This document shows positions 44,473 to 55,077 of a DNA stretch of 64,000 nt, piece by piece (position 1 is the stretch's first letter; the number at the start of each line of letters is the position of its first letter). The stretch comes from an uncultured Gammaproteobacteria bacterium (GTDB taxonomy: Bacteria > Patescibacteriota > Patescibacteriia > VMEV01 > CAYQCH01): assembly GCA_964503955.1 (NCBI GenBank), contig CAZDCG010000001.1, positions 2,962 through 66,961 of the forward strand. Direction: 5' to 3'. Both the position numbers and the translations under genes were made by a program. Below the pieces are notes generated by a model that worked only from the letters and a program-made list of their open reading frames with translations, did no database searches and was not told where the DNA came from.

Positions 44473-47400
44473 TTATAACGTTTTCGCCAGTGTTTTCGCA
44501 ATAGAAACGGCTTCTTCCTCCGTTTCCAAAGCAAAGATCAGGTCGGCATCTCCGGAAACGCGAAAATCAAGTCCGGCTGCATACACCTGATCAACCATTT
44601 CCGGCGTGAGCTTGCGGCAGGAAACAGCCAATTGTTTTTTCGATCCAAAATCTGTCGTGGTTTCCTGATAGTCAACCGATTTCACCACCGTTCCGGAAAG
44701 TTCGATGCGCAGCTCAAGCAGCTCCTCAAGATGCGCGAACAGCTGCTTGTCCTGTTCAGGCAGCTGATCAATTTGCGCGCGGTACGGTTTGATGATTTCC
44801 GCCAGCTCAGTCAGTGATTCGCTTGAAGAAAGGCGGCGATACAATTTCAACCGTTCGGCCGGATCGGCAATCAGCGATTCAGGGATGCCATAATCAAGCG
44901 GCAGGTTCACCACAACCGGCTGGATCGCCGGAATCGACTCGCCGGATTCAAGCTCTTCCACAGCCTGGCGCAATAATCTGCCATACAGAGACAAACCAAC
45001 TTTCTGCACATGGCCATGCTGTCTTTTTCCAAGCATTTGCCCCATGCCTCGCATTTCAAGGTCTCGCATAGCAAGCTCAAAACCAGAACCAAGCTCCTTG
45101 GCTTCTTCAAGAATCTGCAAACGCTTGGCAGCCACTCCTGAAATGCCGGCCTCGGGATAAAAAAAGCAGGCATAGGCTTTTACCCGTCCCCGGCCGATGC
45201 GTCCGCGAATTTGGTAGAGCTGGCCAATGCCAAATCGTGTCGCGTCATGCACGATCAATGTATTCGCATTTGGCAGATCAAGCCCGTTCTCGATGATAGT
45301 CGTGCAAAGCAGCACGTCGATTTTGCCAAGATCAAACTCATTCGCGACGCGCGCCATTTCCTCGGGCGGCATTTGACCATGCACAATATCGATCCGCACA
45401 TCCGTGCCAAGCAATTCCTGCAGCTTGCGTTTGATACTAACGATGGTCTGCACTTTATTGTAGAGATAAAATACCTGCCCTCCGCGCTTTAACTCGAATT
45501 CAATCGCCTGTTTTACGGTCTTTGGATTATATTCCTGAATAGCCGTTTCAATAGGCTGCCTGCCTTTTGGAGGTGTTTTGATCAATGAGATATCGCGAAG
45601 CCCTGAAAGCGAAAAATAGAGCGTTCTTGGAATCGGCGTGGCGCTGAGCGTAAGAATATGCACCTGCGAACGCAGCCGTTTGAGTTTTTCTTTGTGGCGC
45701 ACGCCGAAACGCTGTTCTTCATCAATAATCACAAGCCCGATATCATGAAAGTCGATGTCTTTTGAAAGCAGGCGGTGCGTGCCAATCGCAATGTCGATCT
45801 CCCCTTTTTTCAAGGCCCGCACCAGTTCAGGCAATTTCTTCTGCTTCTCTGTTTTCCCTGTAAACCGGGAGAGCATCTCCACCCGCACGCCTTGTTTTTC
45901 AAGCCGCGACTTGAAGCGGTTGTAATGCTGCTGCGCAAGCAAGGTTGTCGGGCAAAGCAGCGCGACTTGCTTGCCGTTCAGCACCGCCTGATATGCCGCG
46001 CGGATCGCCACCTCGGTTTTGCCAAAGCCCACATCTCCCACCACAAGACGATCCATGGGCTCCGCAAGCGCAAGATCGGCATAGACTTCCTTGATGGCTT
46101 GTTCCTGATCAAGCGTCTCCTCAAAACCAAAACTTTGATGCAGTTCTTCATCGGCATGCGTGAAAATTTTGTACGGATCAACTTTTTGCAGTGAACGATT
46201 TGCGTAGATTTTGAGCAGCTCTCGGGCGAATTGCTGGGAATCCTGGCTTGCTTTTCGGCTGAGCTTGATCCAGGAAGTGCCTGATAATCTTTGCAAAGCA
46301 GGTTTTGCTTCCCCTACGTATTTATCGACCTTATATGCCAGCTCGACCGGCACATAAAGTTTATCGCCTTTGGCGTATTCTAAAACGAGATTCTCCCGCT
46401 GATGCCCCTCGATTTCGGTCTGCACCAACCCCTTGTATCTGGCCACGCCATGATCTTCATGCACCACGTAATCATTGAGCTGGAGTTTGGTTAAAAACGC
46501 ACCCTGATCCCGCTCTTCGCGTTTCTTTGTCTTTCGCTGCCTGCCGAACATTTCCGCGTGCGTGAATAAGGCGATGTTTGCTTCCTGGTCGATGAATCCT
46601 TCCGCAGGCCCGCTCTGCTCAAGAAAAAGCAATGCGTCAAGATCAACGTTCTCACGCTCAAGCGCGGTTTTGGTTACTTCGGTATCAACGGAGGCAATAG
46701 CCACCCTGACATTCTCTTTTTGCAAATCGGCCAATGCGATGGCGAATTTTTTGAATTGACGATCGTATTTCCCGGCCGCCGCCAGTGAAAATGTTCTGGT
46801 TGATGCGTTTTGGCCTGAGGCAAATGTCAGGAAAGTAATGTTGTTTTTAGGAGTGATATCGCCAAGTTTCATCTGATCGGAAGCGATAACGGTTCCGTCC
46901 GGAAGCGAAGCGCGCTTGAGCGGGATCTGATCCAAAGGAAGCTCTGCCGGAAAAATAACCGCCTCGCGCAAAGCATCCCCGCTCTGTGTATTTTTGATCT
47001 GCTCGATCTTGTCCTCGTCAAATAGAAAGCGGAGGAAGGAAATCCCATTCTGCAAATCCACCACCGATCCCTTTGCCGTAAAGAACAGCATTTCCTCAGG
47101 ATCGTCTGAATACCCAAGATCGGCCAGGCGCTTTTTCAACGCGACCGGCGTCAAACTTTGCCCAACGCTCAGCCGTACTTCTTCTTCGTTAAGCAATGCT
47201 AGCCATTTGCCAAGTTCTTGATACCCTTGCTTGGTTACAAGATAGATCCCCGGCTTGTTTTGGCCAAGCATATGCAGATGTGCCGGAAAATCCTGTCTGA
47301 GTGGATCAAGCGGCAATGCGGCCACATTTGCCTGTAACAAGCTTGCCATAAGCTTCAGCTGATGCGCGGCGGCTGTAATGGAGTGTTCATCGTCAAAAAG

Positions 47401-47502
47401 CCAATAAAAGACTCCGCCTTTTCCTTCAAGATAAAGACGGACAAGCGCATACGACTGCTGCGTGAGATTTTTCGTTCCTGCAATCAACACAAACAAATTC
47501 AC
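44473..47502 (-). CDS. mfd: Transcription-repair coupling factor Mfd
   Basis: 1009 aa. RNAP-interaction domain (KGDKLYVPVE), SF2 helicase motifs GDVGFGKTEVA / DEEQRFGV / TLSATPIPRTL, and a TRG motif. Confidence 0.92.
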   Translation of the reverse strand: MNLFVLIAGTKNLTQQSYALVRLYLEGKGGVFYWLFDDEHSITAAAHQLKLMASLLQANVAALPLDPLRQDFPAHLHMLGQNKPGIYLVTKQGYQELGKWLALLNEEEVRLSVGQSLTPVALKKRLADLGYSDDPEEMLFFTAKGSVVDLQNGISFLRFLFDEDKIEQIKNTQSGDALREAVIFPAELPLDQIPLKRASLPDGTVIASDQMKLGDITPKNNITFLTFASGQNASTRTFSLAAAGKYDRQFKKFAIALADLQKENVRVAIASVDTEVTKTALERENVDLDALLFLEQSGPAEGFIDQEANIALFTHAEMFGRQRKTKKREERDQGAFLTKLQLNDYVVHEDHGVARYKGLVQTEIEGHQRENLVLEYAKGDKLYVPVELAYKVDKYVGEAKPALQRLSGTSWIKLSRKASQDSQQFARELLKIYANRSLQKVDPYKIFTHADEELHQSFGFEETLDQEQAIKEVYADLALAEPMDRLVVGDVGFGKTEVAIRAAYQAVLNGKQVALLCPTTLLAQQHYNRFKSRLEKQGVRVEMLSRFTGKTEKQKKLPELVRALKKGEIDIAIGTHRLLSKDIDFHDIGLVIIDEEQRFGVRHKEKLKRLRSQVHILTLSATPIPRTLYFSLSGLRDISLIKTPPKGRQPIETAIQEYNPKTVKQAIEFELKRGGQVFYLYNKVQTIVSIKRKLQELLGTDVRIDIVHGQMPPEEMARVANEFDLGKIDVLLCTTIIENGLDLPNANTLIVHDATRFGIGQLYQIRGRIGRGRVKAYACFFYPEAGISGVAAKRLQILEEAKELGSGFELAMRDLEMRGMGQMLGKRQHGHVQKVGLSLYGRLLRQAVEELESGESIPAIQPVVVNLPLDYGIPESLIADPAERLKLYRRLSSSESLTELAEIIKPYRAQIDQLPEQDKQLFAHLEELLELRIELSGTVVKSVDYQETTTDFGSKKQLAVSCRKLTPEMVDQVYAAGLDFRVSGDADLIFALETEEEAVSIAKTLAKTL

Positions 47503-47933
47503 TTACTCAATCCGCGATCCATGGCTTCATTGGCCAGACGGTCCGCCTCCTTGTTCTTTTCCCGACGCACATGCTCAAAGTTCACCTGCACAAATTGCTG
47601 CCGGAGATTCCAGATCTGCGTAAAGAGCAGCTGAAGCTTTGGATCCCGGACACGATACTCGCCTTTCATCTGTTTGACAATAAGCTCGCTGTCTAAACGG
47701 CAATGCACCTTTTCTCCTCCAAGCTCCTTTGCTTTCTGCAAGGCCATCAGCAAGGCCGTATATTCAGCCACATTATTTGTGGTTTTGCCTAAAAATTCGC
47801 TGATTTCCGCCAATACGTCGCCAGTATCGCCGTCATAGATAATAGCACCCGCCCCCGCCGGACCGGGATTGCCGCGCGCTCCGCCATCTGTGTAGATGAG
47901 GATATTGGCCACTTTTCCATCGCTATTGGTCAT
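47499..47933 (-). CDS. rnhA: Ribonuclease HI
   Basis: YTDGGARGNPGPAGAGAII...AEYTALLMALQKA...DSELIVKQM catalytic DEDD arrangement. Confidence 0.92.
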   Translation of the reverse strand: MTNSDGKVANILIYTDGGARGNPGPAGAGAIIYDGDTGDVLAEISEFLGKTTNNVAEYTALLMALQKAKELGGEKVHCRLDSELIVKQMKGEYRVRDPKLQLLFTQIWNLRQQFVQVNFEHVRREKNKEADRLANEAMDRGLSK

Positions 47934-48053
47934 GTTGATATTGAACGTGTTAACGAGTTAACGTGTTGACGGGTTAATGAGTTGTAGGTTGGGAGTCGCT
48001 GGTTGTCAACGAATCCGCTGCCCCTTAACTCGTCAGGCAATAAATTTCCGTTT

Positions 48054-49853
48054 TTACATCGTAAGCTTTTCCGCTTTCTCAACAACCTGTTCTTTCAATT
48101 CTACAATATTCCCTTCCGCCAGCTTGATTTCCTCAACTTTAAGCTGAAGCTCACGATTGCCATTCCATTCATTCACATCCAGGCGAAAGACAAGATCAAC
48201 GCGCTCGCCCGGACGCAATGTTTCCACCCAGTACGGTTGCTTAAAGGCAATCACTTTGCGCATGATTTTACCGTCTTCATCCGTGATCACGCAGCGTAAA
48301 TGATTGTTTTCTTTGCCCACTCCCGAACAGTCAACTACCTTGACATTTCGCACCAGCAAAAGCGGTTCGGGATTGCCCATGCCAAAAGGACGCAATGACT
48401 GGAGCTGATCATAAAAATCCCAGGTAAGATCGTTAAAATGAACTTGCGCATCAATGTGAAGAATGGGAATTAAATCCTGCGGCGTAAGCACGCGCTTGGC
48501 ATAGTCATTGAAACGTTCTTTGAGTTTTTCATAATAGGCGTTATCCGCGATCGTGAATCCGCAGGCACGCGGGTGACCGCCGAATTTTTTTAGCAGATCA
48601 GCGCATTCCTTTAAAACTTCCGTGCAGTCAAACCCTTCAATGCTTCTCCCCGACCCCGCAATCAGCCCGTCGAATTGCCCCATGATAAAAACAGGGCGGT
48701 AGGTTTTTTCCATGACTTTGCCGGCGATCAATCCGACCACACCCATCGGCCAGGAATCATCCTGCGCCATCAGAACGGACGGTTCATCAGGAACTTCGCC
48801 GATCTGCTCCATGGCCTGTTTGAAAATCTTATCCGACAAATCACGACGTTCCCGGTTTGTCTGTTCAAGCCCTTCGGCGAGCTTCATGGCCTCGATGTCG
48901 TCCTGGGCCATCAGGGCGGCATAGGCGGCATTCGCATGCGCCATACGGCCGGCCGCGTTCATGCGGGGACCGATCACAAATCCAATATCAACCGTCGTCA
49001 GCTCCGGCAGTTTCCCGTTTTGAAAGACTCCAGCATGGGTCAGCATCGCCCGAATCCCCGGCCGCTTCGCTTTTTGCAGAATCATCAGCCCGTATTTCAC
49101 CAGGGTTCGATTCTCGCCCACAAGCGGCACCATATCGGCAACGGAAGCAATCGCGACCATATCAAGCAGCCATTTCTCAAAAGCCTCCAGCTCCTGCGCG
49201 CGCTCCGGCTTCTGCTTCGCCTCGGTGCGGAGCAGCGCCTGAGCAAGCTTGAAGGCCACGCCGCCCCCGGCAAGATCGCGGAAAGGATAGCTCTCCCCTT
49301 TCACTTTCGGATGCAAAATGATGCAAGGCGGCAGCTCAGCTTTCTGTTCATGATGATCGGTTACAATCACGTCCATGCCAAGCCCTTTCGCTTCTTTGAT
49401 CTCTTCGATATTGCTAATGCCGCAGTCCGCCGTAATAAGCAAACGCGTATCCTGCTGATGCAGCAGATTGACCGTATTGGTATTCAGTCCATAACCGTCT
49501 TTTTCCCGATGGGGCAGAAAAACATCATACTGCTCATGTCCAAGTTTTTTCAGCGTGGTCGCAAGGATCACGGCGCCGGACAACCCGTCCGCGTCATAAT
49601 CGCCATGAATAACAATGCGCTCTTGGCCGGCAATCGCCGCAAAAACCCGCTCCACCGCAAGGGTCATCTGCGAAAAAAGGAATGGATCATGCACGTCCGC
49701 TTCATACCGTGGAGACAGAAAGCGGGCGATTTCCTCATCGGTTCGTATTCCACGCTGAAACAAAAGATCCGCAATGACGGGATGCATATCAGCATGTTCA
49801 TCGCGGAATGACTGCGGAGCGCGTTCTGCAACCTCCCAGCGTTTCATCTTCAT
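48054..49853 (-). CDS. recJ: Single-stranded-DNA-specific exonuclease RecJ
   Basis: DHH motifs IHGDYDADGLSGAVIL, DVIVTDHH. DHHA1 domain and C-terminal OB fold. Confidence 0.92.
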   Translation of the reverse strand: MKMKRWEVAERAPQSFRDEHADMHPVIADLLFQRGIRTDEEIARFLSPRYEADVHDPFLFSQMTLAVERVFAAIAGQERIVIHGDYDADGLSGAVILATTLKKLGHEQYDVFLPHREKDGYGLNTNTVNLLHQQDTRLLITADCGISNIEEIKEAKGLGMDVIVTDHHEQKAELPPCIILHPKVKGESYPFRDLAGGGVAFKLAQALLRTEAKQKPERAQELEAFEKWLLDMVAIASVADMVPLVGENRTLVKYGLMILQKAKRPGIRAMLTHAGVFQNGKLPELTTVDIGFVIGPRMNAAGRMAHANAAYAALMAQDDIEAMKLAEGLEQTNRERRDLSDKIFKQAMEQIGEVPDEPSVLMAQDDSWPMGVVGLIAGKVMEKTYRPVFIMGQFDGLIAGSGRSIEGFDCTEVLKECADLLKKFGGHPRACGFTIADNAYYEKLKERFNDYAKRVLTPQDLIPILHIDAQVHFNDLTWDFYDQLQSLRPFGMGNPEPLLLVRNVKVVDCSGVGKENNHLRCVITDEDGKIMRKVIAFKQPYWVETLRPGERVDLVFRLDVNEWNGNRELQLKVEEIKLAEGNIVELKEQVVEKAEKLTM

Positions 49854-50043
49854 AGTTTACCTCCACTAAATCTAAGGGTCTATTGTAACCAATCCTGCCA
49901 ATGCGCACAACCCTTAGTAAATCCCCACGGCAGGAGCCGCCAGCAGCAGAATCATCGTAAAAATAATAATGGAAGACAGAATGATCCAAACGATTCTATG
50001 CAGTTGTTTCTTTTTCATATGCGTAAAGAATAACGGCCTAAAA

Positions 50044-51834
50044 CTATCGCTTAAGTACGGCAAGATAGGCTTCAGGAGAAATATCAACTTTGCCCGCACC
50101 CATGGCCTTCATCTTCTTTTTACCTTTTTTCTGCTTCTCAAGCAATTTGCGCTTTCGCGTAACATCGCCGCCGTACAGTTTAGCGGTCACATCTTTTCGA
50201 TACGCGGAGATGCGTTCAGACGCGACGATCTTTCCGCCAATCGCCGCCTGCAATTTGATTTCAAACATTTCCCGAGGCAGAACATCTTTCAACTTTTTTA
50301 CGATTCGCTTTCCAACATCATGCGCTTCATCTCGATACACAATGCTTGCAAGCGATTCCACTTTGTCTTCCGCCACAAGAATATCCATACGCACGACATC
50401 GGCTTTTTCGTAGCCGTCAAATTCGTAATTCATCGACGCGTATCCGGATGAAACGCTTTTGAGTTTATCGTAGAAATCAATCAGCATCACCGAAAGCGGA
50501 ATGCGATACCGCAAGACGGCGCGGTTTTCGTCAAGATAATCGGTATTTCGGTACACGCCTCTGCGCTCCTGAATCATCTGCATCAATGGCCCCACGTATT
50601 CTTTGGGGGTAATAACGTCGATTTTCATCATCGGTTCGTAGAGCTCGGCGATTTTTGTCGGATCCGGCAATTCCTGCGGACTCTTGATGATTTGCTCTTT
50701 ATCTGATTCGGTCGTGGTCAGCTTATAGGCCACGCTGGGGACCGTAACGATGATATCCAAATCATATTCCCGGGAAAGACGCTCCTGGACGATTTCAAGG
50801 TGAAGCATGCCCAAAAACCCGCAACGGAATCCAAACCCCAAAGCGGGTGAACTTTCCGTCTCATAGCTCAAAGCAGCGTCTGAAAGCTTGAGCTTCTCCA
50901 TCGCATCTCTCAAGGTCGGATAATCATCGCCGTTTTTACAAAAGATGCCGGCAAAAACCATGGGCTTCATCTCACGATACCCGGGCAGGGGTTCCGTAAC
51001 GGAAAGATTCGCAATGGTGTCACCAACGCGGACATCTGAAACATCCTTCAAGCCGGTGACCACATACCCGATTTCTCCGGCTTCAAGCTTGTCCGCTTTC
51101 TGGAAATCAGGCTTGAAATAGCCGACTTCAAGCACCTGCAGCTCGCGCCCGGTCGCCATGAATTTCACTTTGTCGCCGGCCTTGATTTTGCCGTCGACCA
51201 CGCGGATATACGCAATGGCCCCGCGATACCCGTCAAAGACAGAGTCAAAAATGACCGAACGAAAAGGTTTATCTTCTTCAACCACGGGCGGAGGCACAAG
51301 CTCCACGACTTTTTCAAGAATGTCTTCAACTCCAAGGCCGGTTTTGCCCGAAGCCGCGATAATATCCCTCTCTTCTCCCAAAAGCTGATTGATCGCCTGG
51401 CGCGTTCCTGGGACATCGGCGCTTGGCAAATCGGCTTTGTTCGCTACGGGAATGATGACCAGATCCTGATCGATAGCGAGATACAAATTCGCCAGGGTCT
51501 GAGCCTGGATTCCCTGCGTCGCGTCGACAAGCAGAACAGCTCCCTCAACAGCGGCAAGGGACCGTGAAACTTCATAGCTGAAATCAACATGCCCCGGCGT
51601 ATCAATCAAGTTTAAGACATACTGTTTGCCATCTGCGGCGGTATAGTCCATCCGAACCGGCTGCAGTTTGATGGTGATACCGCGCTCGCGCTCAAGATCC
51701 ATGGAATCGAGAAGCTGCTCTTTCATCTGGCGCTTGTCCACGGTTTTGGTCACTTCTAAAAACCGGTCAGCCAGCGTGGACTTGCCGTGATCAATATGGG
51801 CGATAATACAAAAGTTTCGGATCTGTTTGCTCAT
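50044..51834 (-). CDS. lepA: Elongation factor 4 (LepA)
   Basis: IRNFCIIAHIDHGKSTLADR, DTPGHVDF, NKAD. LepA-specific C-terminal domain. Confidence 0.96.
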   Translation of the reverse strand: MSKQIRNFCIIAHIDHGKSTLADRFLEVTKTVDKRQMKEQLLDSMDLERERGITIKLQPVRMDYTAADGKQYVLNLIDTPGHVDFSYEVSRSLAAVEGAVLLVDATQGIQAQTLANLYLAIDQDLVIIPVANKADLPSADVPGTRQAINQLLGEERDIIAASGKTGLGVEDILEKVVELVPPPVVEEDKPFRSVIFDSVFDGYRGAIAYIRVVDGKIKAGDKVKFMATGRELQVLEVGYFKPDFQKADKLEAGEIGYVVTGLKDVSDVRVGDTIANLSVTEPLPGYREMKPMVFAGIFCKNGDDYPTLRDAMEKLKLSDAALSYETESSPALGFGFRCGFLGMLHLEIVQERLSREYDLDIIVTVPSVAYKLTTTESDKEQIIKSPQELPDPTKIAELYEPMMKIDVITPKEYVGPLMQMIQERRGVYRNTDYLDENRAVLRYRIPLSVMLIDFYDKLKSVSSGYASMNYEFDGYEKADVVRMDILVAEDKVESLASIVYRDEAHDVGKRIVKKLKDVLPREMFEIKLQAAIGGKIVASERISAYRKDVTAKLYGGDVTRKRKLLEKQKKGKKKMKAMGAGKVDISPEAYLAVLKR

Positions 51835-51893
51835 AATCTGTTTGACAACAAAAGCGGGGCCAAAAACCCCGCGCTGTCACGGCCCGAGAAATA

Positions 51894-52187
51894 CTATTCC
51901 TCTTCTTCCTCCAATTCCTCTTCCGCAAGTGCTTCCAGGGATTGGTCTACGGCCGCGGCCAGATGATCTGGAATCTCATCATCAAGCGCTTCTTCCTCTT
52001 CCCAGTCTTCTTCAGACAGAGGAACACCATCTTCCTGAAACTGTTCCAGCCGATCCCCGGCCTTTGCCAAAGGATCATTTGATTCCTCGTCCCAGTGTTC
52101 TTCCACAGCCAAATGCTCATCGCGCTCGTCATGATCGCTCAAATCGCTTGGCACGGCTTTATTGATATCATCGTTGAAATAAAGCAT
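51894..52187 (-). CDS. Hypothetical highly acidic small protein (Glu/Asp-rich)
   Basis: 97-aa ORF ending in an EELEEEEE tail. Intergenic position; could be a low-complexity artefact. Confidence 0.3.
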   Translation of the reverse strand: MLYFNDDINKAVPSDLSDHDERDEHLAVEEHWDEESNDPLAKAGDRLEQFQEDGVPLSEEDWEEEEALDDEIPDHLAAAVDQSLEALAEEELEEEEE

Positions 52188-52385
52188 ATGGGGCTAGTTT
52201 AGGGGCTAAAAAAGACGCTGTCAATTGAGGAAAGTATACGATAAAAATCGGCAAAATTGAAGGAAAGGAGCAAGGATAAATGAACAGTAACGTTTGAGTA
52301 TCAAGTTCAAGCTGGAAGAGAACGCTGATGTTAAAAGCTAATACGAGCGCTCGCGCTAATGCTGCCGCCGGAGCTGAAACCCATT

Positions 52386-53915
52386 TTATGAAACATGGCC
52401 GCTTTTCTCAGCCAAAATCCTTTCAACCATCAACCCCCAAAAAAGAAGATACCCGATTCCAAGAGGATGATTCAGATACGGACTAAAAGCATGGATAACG
52501 AGCATCGCAATGCCTCCCAAAATCACTCCTTGCAAAATCAGCTTCTCTTCTGACGCAAGCATTCGAGCTTGACGCAATGCCTTGTAGGACGAGCGCAGCA
52601 AAACTCCGATGACAAACAAATAAGCAAGAAGGCCAATCAACCCAAGTTTGAGCCACAATTCCAGATACCCCCACTCAAGCGAGAAGGTCGTATATTCTCC
52701 GCTTGGATTTTGCGCGCGAATACGCTTGTCTTCGGTGATATAGGTCACGGTCTGCCCAAACCCGGATCCTATCACCGGATGCTGTTTGACAGCCTCAAGC
52801 AAAGGAGGAAGCAGCTGCCACCGGCTTGAAACCCCGGCTTCACCCGTAAAGGTAAGCGCCCGCTTGGAGAATAGGCTTGAATCAAACTCGCCCCCTGAAC
52901 GCGGGAATGGGAAGAGAACAATGCCCGCGATCAATGCGATGCTGACGCAGAGCGCGGCCGCTGCGTGAACAACAAGCAAACCGGTTTTCTTTGCCCATTT
53001 GCCTTCTGAAATCCAGAGGATGAACGGAACGGAAATCGCAGTAACAAAGATCCCAAGCCAATTGCTTCGTGACAAACTGATCAGCGTAGATGCAAGCGTA
53101 ATAACTGTTAGAGAGAAATACGCCGCGTATTTTTTCGACAATACCCCGTTTCTCCACCCTTTTTCATGCACAATAAGAACAGCCGCCAAAGCAAAGAGTA
53201 TCAATGCGGCAATTGTATAGAGATGGCTTTGAAAGAAAATCCGATGAAACGGCCCGTCATATTGGATCGTGATCTCCCCGATGCGGGTATCGCGAACCCA
53301 GCGATAAACTTCCTGCAGCATCCACCAAAATTTGTGAGAGAATGCATATTCCAAAAAGAACACTTTTGCCGATTGCACCAATACGCCCGCCATCCCCATC
53401 TCAAGCAGCAGCATCACATCCCCGCGCGAACGAATTGCCTGCCAAAGAGGAATCGCCAGCAGAAAGTACATATAGGCATTCGCGTCAAAGAACACATTTG
53501 AAAACCCATTGTTTCTTGCAACGCCCACGATAACCGCCGACAGCACGAATACCCCCAAACAAAGGAGCGGACGGAATAGGCTGGATTGCGCAATTGCCAG
53601 CTCGCGTTCTCGTAGCGCCTGCCAGATGCCTAGTACAAAGAGACAGAGGAATATGCCAAGCCGCAGCGATAAAGAAAGTTCCCCTGCTCCAAACGAAAAC
53701 AAATATCCATGTGATCCGATAATAAGTTCAACAAACGCAATGCCCATGCCCAGCCGCAAATCTTTCATCGAGATGAGCAGAATGCCAAACAGGATAAGCA
53801 CGGTAAAAAGGCTTCCCCATTCCGGCCGGGCCCAGCCGATGAACGAGAGAAGCTCTAAGAGAATCAAGACCAAAAAGGTAATGCGAAATAACCTGGATTG
53901 AAGCACCTTCATCAT
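52386..53915 (-). CDS. O-antigen ligase/polymerase-like (Wzy-type) multi-pass membrane protein
   Basis: ~12 TM with a large periplasmic loop between late helices. Sits inside a glycosyltransferase/Wzx cluster. Confidence 0.5.
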   Translation of the reverse strand: MMKVLQSRLFRITFLVLILLELLSFIGWARPEWGSLFTVLILFGILLISMKDLRLGMGIAFVELIIGSHGYLFSFGAGELSLSLRLGIFLCLFVLGIWQALRERELAIAQSSLFRPLLCLGVFVLSAVIVGVARNNGFSNVFFDANAYMYFLLAIPLWQAIRSRGDVMLLLEMGMAGVLVQSAKVFFLEYAFSHKFWWMLQEVYRWVRDTRIGEITIQYDGPFHRIFFQSHLYTIAALILFALAAVLIVHEKGWRNGVLSKKYAAYFSLTVITLASTLISLSRSNWLGIFVTAISVPFILWISEGKWAKKTGLLVVHAAAALCVSIALIAGIVLFPFPRSGGEFDSSLFSKRALTFTGEAGVSSRWQLLPPLLEAVKQHPVIGSGFGQTVTYITEDKRIRAQNPSGEYTTFSLEWGYLELWLKLGLIGLLAYLFVIGVLLRSSYKALRQARMLASEEKLILQGVILGGIAMLVIHAFSPYLNHPLGIGYLLFWGLMVERILAEKSGHVS

Positions 53916-55075
53916 GTGAGAGGTAATTTCAAACTCTTGATAAAGACATCTAGAACGTCGATATACCGCTCAGAAAACTGTTCCGTTGAAGTGAATTGCA
54001 CCTGATAAAACATCTCTCCTCGTTCGAAAACATGATTGCGGTAGAGAATGGAATGATTCACTGCCGTGAGTTCAATCGATCCATGCAGTAATAAACTTTC
54101 ACCGTGGTACAAAACTTTTTCATTGATCTCACCGATGGTTGTTGTTAAGGCAAATAAATCATCATGAAAATCTTCCGCGTCCCAGGCAAAAATCATGAAG
54201 TTGTCGGCAAATCCGTCAATCTGGTCGGCTGTTTGTTCAACAACAAGCGTCAGACGAGGCACAAGATCGTCCGGCTTCTGTTCCTCAAACAAGACAGCCC
54301 AGTCGGCTGGTGCCTCAAAGGAAACGCCATTTCCCTGCTTCTTGGCAGTTTGAAGAACCGGCACGCGTTTATACAAAGAAGGGTCGCATGAGACGCACGA
54401 ATATGCCTTTTCAGCATATATAACCGGTATTCCTTCTTCATAATACTGCGGCAGAATTCCATCCTGAAAGTAACGATTTTCCAATCGCTGGAATCGATTC
54501 GCCGTATAGCCGTCAACAGTCACAGGACGGAGAAGGAAAATGCCGTCTGAACGCTTGTCAGCCATATACGTCAACCCATCGTGATGAACAAGCGTTCCCT
54601 TCGGGTACACAGGCTTTTCATCAATCATGTCAATCAGGCCGCCTATTGTGTAATCGAAGAAAAAAGAAACATCAATATCGTCAATTTTCTTCGCCCAATC
54701 TTCTCCGTAGAGCTCTGCCGCGGCCGCTTCTGACGGAATATTGCGCAGGACCCCCCAGGGTTCAACAGCGTAAACTTCAGGCACGGAAGGAATTTTGATC
54801 AATCTGCTTCCCGGACGGTATAGGACATTTTTCCCGAGCGGATAAGAAGCCAGCTCACCGGCAGGCACGACCTCCACACCGGAAAAATCTGAATACCAGG
54901 ATTTGTAGATCTTTTCATTCGGGAATGCATGTCGTTTCCCATCTTCACCCACATAGTACACGGCGGTTGAATCCGGCCCTTTGATTAAACGACCTGAAAA
55001 CACCTGCGCGCCGGCAACTGCTGGTACGACCAAAAACGCCGCGGAAATAATGAGAATGGAAAAAAGAGATTTCAT
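53912..55075 (-). CDS. Secreted protein with N-terminal copy of the shared ~115-aa domain
   Basis: Signal peptide MKSLFSILIISAAFLVVPAVAGA. Then VYYVGEDGKRHAFPNEKIYKSWY...YRPGSRLIKIPSVPEVYAVEPWGVLRNIPSEAAAAELYG. Confidence 0.7.
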   Translation of the reverse strand: MKSLFSILIISAAFLVVPAVAGAQVFSGRLIKGPDSTAVYYVGEDGKRHAFPNEKIYKSWYSDFSGVEVVPAGELASYPLGKNVLYRPGSRLIKIPSVPEVYAVEPWGVLRNIPSEAAAAELYGEDWAKKIDDIDVSFFFDYTIGGLIDMIDEKPVYPKGTLVHHDGLTYMADKRSDGIFLLRPVTVDGYTANRFQRLENRYFQDGILPQYYEEGIPVIYAEKAYSCVSCDPSLYKRVPVLQTAKKQGNGVSFEAPADWAVLFEEQKPDDLVPRLTLVVEQTADQIDGFADNFMIFAWDAEDFHDDLFALTTTIGEINEKVLYHGESLLLHGSIELTAVNHSILYRNHVFERGEMFYQVQFTSTEQFSERYIDVLDVFIKSLKLPLT

Positions 55076-55077
55076 AC

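Noticed and set aside
48675-49811. 378-aa plus-strand ORF
   Set aside because: It is antisense to recJ, which has unambiguous DHH motifs on the minus strand. Its composition is Arg/His-rich.
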